The position numbers and the translations under genes are program-made. From Parcubacteria group bacterium CG1_02_58_44 (lineage in GTDB: Bacteria; Patescibacteriota; Patescibacteriia; SG8-24), in contig MNWN01000018.1 in assembly GCA_001872545.1 (NCBI GenBank), positions 1 through 51,617 on the forward strand: 51,617 bases of DNA, given 5' to 3'. This document shows positions 1 to 8,492 of the stretch, piece by piece. Within the stretch, counting starts at the first letter, position 1. Every line of letters starts with the position of its first letter. The notes under the pieces were generated by a model. That model saw only the letters and a program-made list of their open reading frames with translations, was not told where the DNA came from and searched no databases.

Positions 1-183
1 ATTGGGGAAATCCTGCGGGAACATCCTCCACTGGCATGCGGTGCGCAGCATGTACAGCACCGCACAAAAGACGTCGTAGAGATCTACGGTGCGAGGTCGC
101 GTTTTCTTTCTCGCAGATTCAAGAAGCGGAAGAATTATTGCAAATTGCTCTCGAGTGATGTCGCTCGGGTAGGGTTTACGCAT
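1..183 (-). CDS. IS5-family transposase N-terminus (DUF4096-like), partial
   Basis: Manual translation (not in ORF track): MRKPYPSDITREQFAIILPLLESARKKTRPRTVDLYDVFCAVLYMLRTACQWRMFPQDFPN; YPSD and CQWRxxPxDFP motifs. Confidence 0.9.
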   Translation of the reverse strand, partial: MRKPYPSDITREQFAIILPLLESARKKTRPRTVDLYDVFCAVLYMLRTACQWRMFPQDFPN

Positions 184-248
184 ATAAAAAGCGGGCTAAC
201 GCCCGCTCATTGTATCTGAAATGGCGAGGAAAGATTATAGACAGGCTC
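1..248 (-). mobile_element. IS5-family insertion sequence (IS1031/IS427-like), left end, truncated by window edge
   Basis: Transposase start at 183 on minus strand; terminal sequence GAGCCTGTCTATAATC begins at 248 (minus) and is flanked by TAA (249-251), fitting TNA-type target duplication. Confidence 0.85.
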
Positions 249-263
249 TAAGCCCCTAGGGGT

Positions 264-1574
264 ATGTACAATTTATTACGCCTGACTTTTCGCCGGGTGA
301 CCAACGTTGCAGCCGTATTGGCTGTTTTTTCGTTGCCTTTCTGTGCGTCGGCCACCACGATCGGCACGAACATATCGACCGACGGGACATTGACCGTCAA
401 CGGCAATACGACAATCGGCAATGCGGCCACCGATACGGTCACTATCACCGCCGTACTGCAGGGCGCCTCGGCCCTGGTGTTCGAGGGTATCGCTATCGAC
501 GACTACGAGACTACGTTCGCCTTCGCGTCTCTGACCGGCGACCGTACGGTTACCTTTCCGGACGCCAGTGGCTACCCACTACTGTCGACGGCCAACATTG
601 GAGCGGCTAATGCCGTTTGGGTCGGCAATAGTTCGTTGATTTTTGAAGGTTCGTCGGTGGATGCGTACGAGACTACGCTACTTATCACCAATCCGACGGC
701 TGTTCAAACGATAACTTTTCCGGATGCCAGCGGTACGGTAGCCCTGACTTCGGATCTTGCCGGATCCGGTGCCACAACCGCCCTCGACAACTTGGCCTCG
801 GTCGACATCAACGCCTCTTTGATCTCCCATACAGCAGCCACTTACGACTTGGGTTCGGAGGATCTCTACTGGAATGACCTCTTCCTCGACAATCAGATCA
901 GCTTCGAGGGGACGTACGACGATTACCAGACGACTCTAATGGCGGCCGATACGACTCTGATAGACAAGACAATTACCCTGCCTGACTCTGACGGAACGGT
1001 CATGCTCAGCACTCTGGCCGGCAACGCTCCCGACGTTAAGAATTCTGTGACTGGAACTAGCAATGGTCTGGTTTTCGAGGGTACAGCTGACGACTACGAG
1101 ACCACTCTGACCGTCTTGGATCCCGCTTGGGGTGACAACTCGTTTATCTTTCCCGACATCGGCGGTGGAGATTTTACCGTTATTACCACCGGCAACGTCG
1201 GAGACATCACCGGAATTCCCTCCGTTACTGCTCTGACCAATGTCACTACCATCTCCGGGCTGACCAGCCTAACGATAGGTGCTGGCGTTAGTTCCGTTCC
1301 GATCACCGCCCACCTCTCCTCTACGATAACCGTCGGAGATGATGGAATATTGGCGGCCGGGGACTGTCATGCGCCGTACGAAAAGACAGTAACCGGGGCC
1401 GAATCTGGCGACACCGTAGTCCTCGGTCCTACGTTTGACTTTGCCATCGGGGGTCTCTTGGCCAAGGGAGTCGTCTCCGCTCCCGATACCGTCTGGGTCA
1501 TCGTCTGTAATTTTTCGGCTATGGCAGTTCCGCATGCTGCCGGCACCTGGAGAGTCGACGTCTGGAAGCATTAG
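264..1574 (+). CDS. Exported Thr/Gly/Asp-rich fibre-like surface protein with four FEGxxxDxYETT repeats
   Basis: Signal peptide ending ASA; four ~40-aa repeats; C-terminus TWRVDVWKH shared with the next gene. Confidence 0.8.
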   Translation: MYNLLRLTFRRVTNVAAVLAVFSLPFCASATTIGTNISTDGTLTVNGNTTIGNAATDTVTITAVLQGASALVFEGIAIDDYETTFAFASLTGDRTVTFPDASGYPLLSTANIGAANAVWVGNSSLIFEGSSVDAYETTLLITNPTAVQTITFPDASGTVALTSDLAGSGATTALDNLASVDINASLISHTAATYDLGSEDLYWNDLFLDNQISFEGTYDDYQTTLMAADTTLIDKTITLPDSDGTVMLSTLAGNAPDVKNSVTGTSNGLVFEGTADDYETTLTVLDPAWGDNSFIFPDIGGGDFTVITTGNVGDITGIPSVTALTNVTTISGLTSLTIGAGVSSVPITAHLSSTITVGDDGILAAGDCHAPYEKTVTGAESGDTVVLGPTFDFAIGGLLAKGVVSAPDTVWVIVCNFSAMAVPHAAGTWRVDVWKH

Positions 1575-1604
1575 GTTTTCTTCAGAAAAATGTTGGATTG
1601 GATT

Positions 1605-1633
1605 CCGCCGGATTGCCCGGCGGTTTCTTTTTT
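1605..1633 (+). terminator. Rho-independent terminator
   Basis: CCGCCGG-ATTGC-CCGGCGG followed by a T-rich tract. Confidence 0.65.
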
Positions 1634-1706
1634 AGAAAATGATGTTCCCTACAGCGTAAATTTTTGTCGCCTTCAATTTCAAAATCGTGTTGACGACAAA
1701 AACTTG

Positions 1707-1715
1707 TGTTATACT
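1707..1715 (+). promoter_or_regulatory. Extended -10 promoter element
   Basis: TG-T-TATACT about 70 bp upstream of ATG 1787; TTGACG at 1690-1695 has an atypically short 14-bp spacer. Confidence 0.5.
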
Positions 1716-1786
1716 ACCGTCGTAATTATCCACAAATAAAATTTCCTCAATTAACTATTTTCGAGGAGATTAGTTTTTTAGGGAGT

Positions 1787-2818
1787 ATGAATAAATCATT
1801 TCGCTCATCCGCCCGCTGGGCGGCCAACGCCTTAGCCGTGCTGGCTGTCGCCTTGGTGCCGTTCGCCTCTTCGGCCACCACCACGATCGGCACGAACATC
1901 TCGACCGGCGGTACGCTGACGGTCAATGGCAACACCACGATCGGCGATGCCCTCACCGATACGCTGACCGTCACGTCTTCGCTGCTTGGCGGTATCTACT
2001 TCGAGGGTCTGACGACTGATGACACCTATCAGACGCTGCTGCAGGTGGCCGATCCTGCCGCCGGCGACATAACGATCACTCTACCTAACGTAACCGGCAC
2101 GGTCGTGACCACAGGCGACACCGCTTCGGTCACCGGCACGATGATCACCGACGACACGGTTGTTTTGACTACCGATACCGCCGGCAACTACGTAGCTTCG
2201 GTGGCCAACGGTTCGGGCATTACGGGCGGCTCAGCCGGCTCCGAGGGTGCGGCCCTGACTCTGGCCCTGGGCGCGCTTACCGCCGACTGGACCGCGACGA
2301 CAGGCATCTTTGACATAATCTTGGCCAACAACGACTCGCAGCTTCAGATCATGGGCGATGACGGTACTTTCTACGGTACTTTCAACGTTGATGTTCTTTC
2401 CTCCGATACCACATATACCTTTCCTGAAGTCGGTGGTACAGGCACCATTATTACGAATGCCAATACCTCTGACATTCTCGATTTGGCGTCAGTTACAGTT
2501 ACAACGGATTTGACTATTGGAGAAAGTGCTGCTGCCGTTGCTATTACCGGTCATCTCAGCGTGACTTCGGTAATCGATGTTGCTGACATTACTAAGGGGA
2601 CCTGTTCTGATCTGACGACGGTCGGGGTCACTGGTGCCGCAGTCGGCGATACGGTTGTCCTTGGTGCTCCGGCCACTCTTGAGGCAGAACTTTTGCCCTT
2701 CGGTTTCGTTTCCGCTGCAGACACAGTCACGATCCGTATTTGTAACACTAACGATGACGCCGGTTTAAACATCGATCCAGGATTGGCTACATGGCGTGTT
2801 GACGTCTGGAAGCACTAA
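1787..2818 (+). CDS. Exported fibre-like surface protein, paralog of 264-1574
   Basis: Start moved to ATG 1787 (MNKSFRSS..., signal peptide); N-terminus TTIGTNISTxGTLTVNGNTTIG and C-terminus TWRVDVWKH match the upstream gene. Confidence 0.8.
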   Translation: MNKSFRSSARWAANALAVLAVALVPFASSATTTIGTNISTGGTLTVNGNTTIGDALTDTLTVTSSLLGGIYFEGLTTDDTYQTLLQVADPAAGDITITLPNVTGTVVTTGDTASVTGTMITDDTVVLTTDTAGNYVASVANGSGITGGSAGSEGAALTLALGALTADWTATTGIFDIILANNDSQLQIMGDDGTFYGTFNVDVLSSDTTYTFPEVGGTGTIITNANTSDILDLASVTVTTDLTIGESAAAVAITGHLSVTSVIDVADITKGTCSDLTTVGVTGAAVGDTVVLGAPATLEAELLPFGFVSAADTVTIRICNTNDDAGLNIDPGLATWRVDVWKH

Positions 2819-2857
2819 AGCATGCTCGCGCTAGTTGAAAACTAATCAGAGCTTGCT

Positions 2858-4189
2858 ATGGCAAACCTATCTAAAGTCAAGATCGGGTTGAGTCGGTTGC
2901 TTGCCGTAGCTGTCGCCGCGGCGACAGTGGTAGGTGGCCTGGGCCTGTCGAGTTCGACGGCCCTGGCCGCCACCACGACGACCTTCTCAGCCGACACCTC
3001 GCTCTACATGAGCGGTCCTCCGGCCATCACCCTGACCATCGATTCCGGCTCCGAAGCCGATTCTCTCGAGGTCACTACGACCACCTTCACGGTGGTGGTC
3101 TCGGCCGGTTCGACCTTCACGGTCAGGTATCCGGGTCCCACTCCGGGCAACCTGGCCAACAACGGCGGACTGGCCTCCTGCAGCTACTCGGCCGGCGACA
3201 ACGTGATTGCAGTTGCCGGACCGGTCACGGCCACCTTCACGCCGGCCGCGGCCCCGGTCTGCAATACAGTTCCGGCCTCCAGCGGCGGCGGGGGCGGAGC
3301 TCCGGCGGCCTATGCCTACCTGCTGAGCGGACCGGTCGACGGCGGCACCTATGACGCCGGCAGCACGGTCAGCCTGTCCTGGAACGCGGGCGGTCTGGGC
3401 GTCTCCTACGCCAAGATCTCGCTCTCGACCAACGGCGGCACTTCCTGGACCACGATCGTCGACCAACAGCCGACCTCGGGCTCCATGTCCTGGGCAGTGC
3501 CCAGCGTCACGACCTCCCAGGCCAAGCTGAAGGTCGAGGGTACCAACGCCAGCGGTTCGACCATGGCCTACACGGTCAGCACCGCGACCTTCTCGATAGT
3601 CGGTTCGGCTCCCGGTGCGGACGATGAAGAAATAGTCGTACCCCCGGTCGAGGAGACTCCGGTCGTCCCGGATCCGGATTCCGACCCGAATATCATCGGC
3701 GGCTTCAGCCCGCAGTCGGCCCTGAACGCCACCCGCTCGATCAACACCGACCTCGACATCACGCCGGCCGCCGAGGAGACCGACGTCTACTGCGTCTCGG
3801 GTTCGCTGATCAAGAGCGCCGACAGCTCCGCGGTCTACTACTGCGGTGCCGACGGGAAGCGCTACACCTTCCCGCACGAGCGGATCTTCTACACCTGGTT
3901 CGAGGACTTCGACGACGTGATCGTCATCGACGCCGAGACCCTGGCCCGGATCCCGCTCGGCGGCAACGTCATGTACCGCCCGGGACGTCGGATGATCAAG
4001 ATTCAGTCCGATCCCAAGGTCTATGCCGTGATCCGCGGCGGAGTTCTCCGCTGGGTTACGACGGAACGGGTCGCCCAGGAGATCTACGGCGACGACTGGA
4101 ACCAGATGATCGACGACGTGAACGTGGCTTTCTTCTTCAGCTATACGATCGGCGAGCCGATCACTGAAGCGGATCTGGGGCTGTTCTAG
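2858..4189 (+). CDS. Exported surface protein: Ser/Thr-rich Ig-like domain plus CPR-type C-terminal domain
   Basis: Signal peptide; GGTY..VSLSW..ISLSTNGGTSWTTI..GSMSWAVP; C-terminal GSLIK..AVYY..DGKRY.FP.E..F.TW..DF..MIKIQSDPKVYAV. Confidence 0.75.
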   Translation: MANLSKVKIGLSRLLAVAVAAATVVGGLGLSSSTALAATTTTFSADTSLYMSGPPAITLTIDSGSEADSLEVTTTTFTVVVSAGSTFTVRYPGPTPGNLANNGGLASCSYSAGDNVIAVAGPVTATFTPAAAPVCNTVPASSGGGGGAPAAYAYLLSGPVDGGTYDAGSTVSLSWNAGGLGVSYAKISLSTNGGTSWTTIVDQQPTSGSMSWAVPSVTTSQAKLKVEGTNASGSTMAYTVSTATFSIVGSAPGADDEEIVVPPVEETPVVPDPDSDPNIIGGFSPQSALNATRSINTDLDITPAAEETDVYCVSGSLIKSADSSAVYYCGADGKRYTFPHERIFYTWFEDFDDVIVIDAETLARIPLGGNVMYRPGRRMIKIQSDPKVYAVIRGGVLRWVTTERVAQEIYGDDWNQMIDDVNVAFFFSYTIGEPITEADLGLF

Positions 4190-4224
4190 TCTCGCGCCGC
4201 TCTCGGTTCGCATCTCGCGGACCA

Positions 4225-4259
4225 ACGAAAAACCGCCGGGCTCTCCGGCGGTTTTTCGT
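4225..4259. terminator. Bidirectional terminator
   Basis: ACGAAAAACCGCCGG-GCTCT-CCGGCGGTTTTTCGT perfect 15-bp stem between convergent genes. Confidence 0.8.
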
Positions 4260-4280
4260 CTGCCTTGTTTTTCTCCGGGC

Positions 4281-4608
4281 TGTCGTCCCGACGGCTATAC
4301 TCTGTCGTCCCGGACCTGATCCGGGACCCAGGAGCAGCCTTGCCGGCACTGGATCCCGGATATCGCTCGCTGCGCTCGCGATTCCGGGATGACAAACTAA
4401 AAAGGAATGCAGTTCCGAGATGACAAAAAAGCAATGTCGTCCCGACGGCTATACTCTGTCGTCCCGGACCTGATCCGGGACCCAGGAGCAGAAAAGATCG
4501 GACTCTGGATCCCGGATAATTGCTGACGCGATTTCCGGGATGACAAATTTAATAAGAGTTGCGATTCCGGGATGACAGATTAAGAAGGAATGAGGTTCCG
4601 GAACGACA
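4281..4608. repeat. Cluster of GTC-tagged REP-like palindromic repeats
   Basis: Identical 57-bp unit at 4281-4337 and 4435-4491; TGTCGTCCCGG...CCGGGATGACA palindromic ends; TTCCGGGATGACA-like motif at 4382, 4413, 4533, 4565 and 4596. Confidence 0.8.
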
Positions 4609-4628
4609 GGTTTTTTCGTGACGGCTGT

Positions 4629-5213
4629 CTAGGCCAGTCTTTCGGCAACCGACTTCCAATTGATGTGCGACCAGAATCCGGCGATGAATTTGGCCCGGTC
4701 GTTGCGGTGGTCGATGTAGTAGGTGTGTTCCCAGACATCGAGCGGCAGCAGCCCTCGGTCGTCAGTTCCGCCCGGAGTCTCGGCATTCTGATACTGCCGG
4801 ACTTCTAGTCGGTCGTCCGTGGTCTGCATCAGCCAGACCCAACCAGATCCGAACAGGCCGCCCGCCAATCCAGAAAATTTCTCTTTTAAGGTCTCAAACG
4901 ATCCGAAGTCACTCTCTATCTTTTCGAGCAGCTGATCTTCCGGCGTCTGTTCCGTCGGGGAAAGCGAGAGCCAGAACCGGTCATGATTGAAGTGCTGGGC
5001 TGCGTTGTTGAAGACAGCCGGATTGACGTCCCCGGAGACTCGGATCAGCTCCTCGAGCGGTCGGCCGTCCAGTTCAGTGCCGGAGACGGCGGCATTGAGC
5101 TTGCTAACGTAGGCGGCATGATGCTTGCCGTGATGATAGGAAAACGATTCGGCCGACAGCCACGGCTCCAGGGATGTCGGTTCGAAGGTTAGGTCGGGCA
5201 GAACGAAAGGCAT
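4629..5213 (-). CDS. sodB: Fe/Mn superoxide dismutase
   Basis: HHGKHH, FNNAAQHFNH, FGSGWVWL and DVWEHTYY motifs. Confidence 0.92.
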   Translation of the reverse strand: MPFVLPDLTFEPTSLEPWLSAESFSYHHGKHHAAYVSKLNAAVSGTELDGRPLEELIRVSGDVNPAVFNNAAQHFNHDRFWLSLSPTEQTPEDQLLEKIESDFGSFETLKEKFSGLAGGLFGSGWVWLMQTTDDRLEVRQYQNAETPGGTDDRGLLPLDVWEHTYYIDHRNDRAKFIAGFWSHINWKSVAERLA

Positions 5214-5386
5214 ATTCTTAGGATGACGATAGCTTAGGAATTCATCTTAGCATTTCGGACCGCAGTAAGTTTCAGTCCAAGTTACGTTTTGTCCGGTTTA
5301 AGCCATTTTTGACCCAAATCCCTGACAGTTCGGTCGTTAGGTAGCTATAATGGTTTCAGTTGGGCTATCTTCTGTGGATATTTCTT

Positions 5387-6613
5387 ATGAACGACAGACG
5401 AAAATTTGGAATGACCGCCTTTCGTATTTTTGGCGTCTTGCTGGTGGTTTCCCTATGGACCGCGGCTTTTGTGGTTCGAGCTCAGGCCGAGGAGATCAAC
5501 ACTAAGGCCCTGTCTCTCGTAGTTGAAAAGTATCCTTACACCAAGAAGGTCGTTGAAGTCGTGGAAGGATCGACCTATGGGGTCCTGATGGAAGAGGCTG
5601 AGATCGGCGGAACCGACGCGGCCGACATTTTTTTAGCCGCGCAGGACGTATACGACCTGTCGAAGGTGAAGGTCGGACACGAGATCGAACTGATCTTTGG
5701 TCGGGACAGCGGTCAGCTGCTGACGTTGGTCTATCAAATCGATACGGAAGAGAAGCTTTACGTGTCCCGCGACGGTGACGGCTGGAGCGCCGAACGCCGC
5801 GAGATAGAATACGACGTCAGGGTCAGGACGGTCGAAGGGCACATCGACACTTCGCTCTACGCCTCGGCCCTGGAGCAGGGGATCGACGAACGGGCCATCA
5901 TCGCCTTGGCCGACACTTTCCAATGGACGGTGGACTTCGCCATGGACGTGCGTCAGGGCGACCTATACCGGTTCCTCTATGAGGAAAGGTATCTGGACGG
6001 CAAGTACGTCATGCCGGGCCGCGTTTTCGCCGCCAAGTTCGAGAATGCTGGCCGTACGTTTTACGCTTTCCGCTATCAGGATCCGGACGGCACGGTCGGC
6101 TACTACAGCGAGACCGGCGAGTCGCTGCAGAAGATGTTCCTGAAGGCACCGGTGGCCTTCCGCTACATTTCCTCCGGCTTCACGACCGGACTGCGCTACG
6201 TTAGCGCCTTCAACGTCTCGACCGGACATCGGGCCATCGACTATGCGGCGCCGGTCGGTACGCCGATTCGGGCCGTGGGAGACGGGGTGGTGACCTGGGC
6301 CAGCTGGAACGGTCCGTACGGAAATTTCGTCAGCCTACGCCACAATTCCACGTACTCGACCAACTACGGACATATGTCGAAGATCGCGGTTCGGGTCGGC
6401 CAACGGGTGGTTCAGGGAGATACCATCGGTTACGTCGGCTCGACCGGCTTCTCGACCGGTCCGCACCTTCATTACGAGATGGTCAAGAACGGCGTCAAGA
6501 TCAACCCTCTCTTGGAAGATTTTCCCGGAACAGATCCGGTGCCGGCCGAGGAACTGGATGCCTTTACGTCTGGGATCGACGACTGGCGGCGTCAGCTCGA
6601 CAGCGACGACTAG
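5387..6613 (+). CDS. M23 family murein DD-endopeptidase (MepM/Csd3-like)
   Basis: N-terminal TM; HRAIDYAAPVGTP, YGHMS and STGPHLHYE motifs; start could be 5360, 5387 or 5411. Confidence 0.9.
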   Translation: MNDRRKFGMTAFRIFGVLLVVSLWTAAFVVRAQAEEINTKALSLVVEKYPYTKKVVEVVEGSTYGVLMEEAEIGGTDAADIFLAAQDVYDLSKVKVGHEIELIFGRDSGQLLTLVYQIDTEEKLYVSRDGDGWSAERREIEYDVRVRTVEGHIDTSLYASALEQGIDERAIIALADTFQWTVDFAMDVRQGDLYRFLYEERYLDGKYVMPGRVFAAKFENAGRTFYAFRYQDPDGTVGYYSETGESLQKMFLKAPVAFRYISSGFTTGLRYVSAFNVSTGHRAIDYAAPVGTPIRAVGDGVVTWASWNGPYGNFVSLRHNSTYSTNYGHMSKIAVRVGQRVVQGDTIGYVGSTGFSTGPHLHYEMVKNGVKINPLLEDFPGTDPVPAEELDAFTSGIDDWRRQLDSDD

Positions 6614-6784
6614 CGGCATTGTCCGACGGCTTGCGGATTGACTTTCGTGGCCGTTTTTTGTTTTCGGCGGACAGGACTGCATCGATGCGGACCGTCAGGT
6701 CCGACTTGCATGTCGGACGATGGACGCGACAGGTCGATTGCCGGTAACATGCCCGTGTAATATCGAACTCGTCACGCAAAAAAT

Positions 6785-8359
6785 ATGGCAGGTCAAAGTG
6801 CAGGGGCGAACATGCCGAAAACGCGCGGTACGGCTGAGGCGCTGCTGTACGTCTTTGCGGCCGGGTTTTGTCTGATGGTCATCGAACTGGTGGCCGGACG
6901 GATAATGGCACCGTATCTCGGCTCGTCGCTCTACACCTGGACCAGCGTGATCGGGGTGGTACTGCTGGGCATGGCAGTCGGCAACTACACTGGCGGAGTG
7001 ATCGCCGAGCGCGGAGCGGCCTGGCGGGCAGTGTCGCTGATCTTCGCCGCCTCTGCCCTGGCCGCCGCCGTCTCCTACTACACCTACGCTCCGGCCTCCA
7101 GACTGATCTACGGTCTCGGTCTGCCCGTCGTGCCGGCGACCTTCATCTTTGCCTTCTTCGGCTTCTTTCCGGTCAGCTTCCTGCTGAGCCTGATTACGCC
7201 GATCGTCATCGCCCTGACTTTGCCGTCGGTCGAGAAGGCCGGCACTACCGTCGGACGCATCTATGCCGTCTCGTCCCTGGCCAGCATTCTTGGCACCTTC
7301 GCCTCCGGTTACGTGCTCATTCCCTTCCTGGGGGTGAAGACCATCGTCCTTTCCGTGGCGGCTGTCCTGCTCCTGACTTCAGTCGTGGCCTCGCGGGGAC
7401 TGACGGCCCGTCGGCTGTCGGTTCAGGCGACAGTGGCGCTGCTGTGGCTGGGGCTCTTCGGGTCCAGTTTCTGCGACGTCGAGTCGGCCTACTACTGCAT
7501 TAACGTTGAGCCGTCGTCGTCGGAGCGGGGGACCGGATACCGCTTGGTGCTCGACCGTCTGACGCACAGTTTCGTCTTTTCCGATCCGACGGTACTCGAA
7601 TACGACTACGAGACGGTCTATGGCGTGGCGGCCGAATACGTTCACGAGCTTCTGGACGGACGGCGTCCGCTTCGGACCTTGAGCGTCGGCGGGGGCGGCT
7701 ACACCATGCCCAAGTTCGTGCTGGAGAACTATCCTGACTCGCTGGTCGACGTGGTGGAGATAGATCCGGAAGTCACGGAAATCAACGAACGCCGCTTGGG
7801 TCTGGAGCCGCATGGCCGGATCAGGACGTTCAACGAGGACGCCCGCGTATTCTTCGCCCGCGGTGCGGAGGGCGAGCGCTACGACATTATCTTCGGTGAT
7901 GCCTTCGACGACTATGCGATTCCGTATCACCTGACCACCCTGGAGTTCGCACAGGCGGTCCGTAGCCGGCTGACGCCGGACGGCGTCTACGCCCTGAACA
8001 TGATCGATGATACGAGTGACGGACGGCTGCTGGCGTCCTTTTTGAGGACCATGTCCGACGTGTTTCCTCACATCGAAGTCTCTTCCGTAGGACGTCCTCT
8101 GACTACGGCCGGCCGCAACACTTTCGTCATATTGGCTTCCGACAGTCCGATCGACACGGCCGACTGGAGGCAGGCCGCGGTCACCGCCTACTCGTCGCGC
8201 ATCGCCATGTCGCAGTCCCTGACCTTGGACCAGGCCAGCGGGCTGTTGAGCCGAAGGCAGATCGACGAACTGGCCGGAAGGAAGGGCAGTGTCCTGTTGA
8301 CCGACAATTACGCACCGGTCGACAGCCTGGTTGCCCCGCTCTTCGGTCGGAAGCGGTGA
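6785..8359 (+). CDS. Fused MFS-like membrane domain / spermidine synthase-like SAM-binding protein
   Basis: ELVAGRIMAPYLGSSLYTWTSVIG membrane N-terminus; VGGGGY, VVEIDPEV, YDIIFGDAF and LTDNYAPVD motifs. Confidence 0.88.
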   Translation: MAGQSAGANMPKTRGTAEALLYVFAAGFCLMVIELVAGRIMAPYLGSSLYTWTSVIGVVLLGMAVGNYTGGVIAERGAAWRAVSLIFAASALAAAVSYYTYAPASRLIYGLGLPVVPATFIFAFFGFFPVSFLLSLITPIVIALTLPSVEKAGTTVGRIYAVSSLASILGTFASGYVLIPFLGVKTIVLSVAAVLLLTSVVASRGLTARRLSVQATVALLWLGLFGSSFCDVESAYYCINVEPSSSERGTGYRLVLDRLTHSFVFSDPTVLEYDYETVYGVAAEYVHELLDGRRPLRTLSVGGGGYTMPKFVLENYPDSLVDVVEIDPEVTEINERRLGLEPHGRIRTFNEDARVFFARGAEGERYDIIFGDAFDDYAIPYHLTTLEFAQAVRSRLTPDGVYALNMIDDTSDGRLLASFLRTMSDVFPHIEVSSVGRPLTTAGRNTFVILASDSPIDTADWRQAAVTAYSSRIAMSQSLTLDQASGLLSRRQIDELAGRKGSVLLTDNYAPVDSLVAPLFGRKR

Positions 8360-8492
8360 CTTTTTTCGGCTTATTCGGCGGTGGGACGGTCTTGGGACCG
8401 TTTTTTCGTCAGTGGACGTTTTGATGCAGGTAAATGTAAAAAAACGGCCAGATTTGCTATAATTGCAGAGATAAATAATCATTCCGCATCCT

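Noticed and set aside
264-2818. Diversity-generating retroelement acting on the paralog C-termini
   Set aside because: No reverse transcriptase and no near-identical TR/VR pair differing only at adenines.
4382-4608. CRISPR mini-array
   Set aside because: Repeats are only 13 nt, degenerate and identical to the REP-like right end; spacers are ~18 nt; no cas genes in the window.
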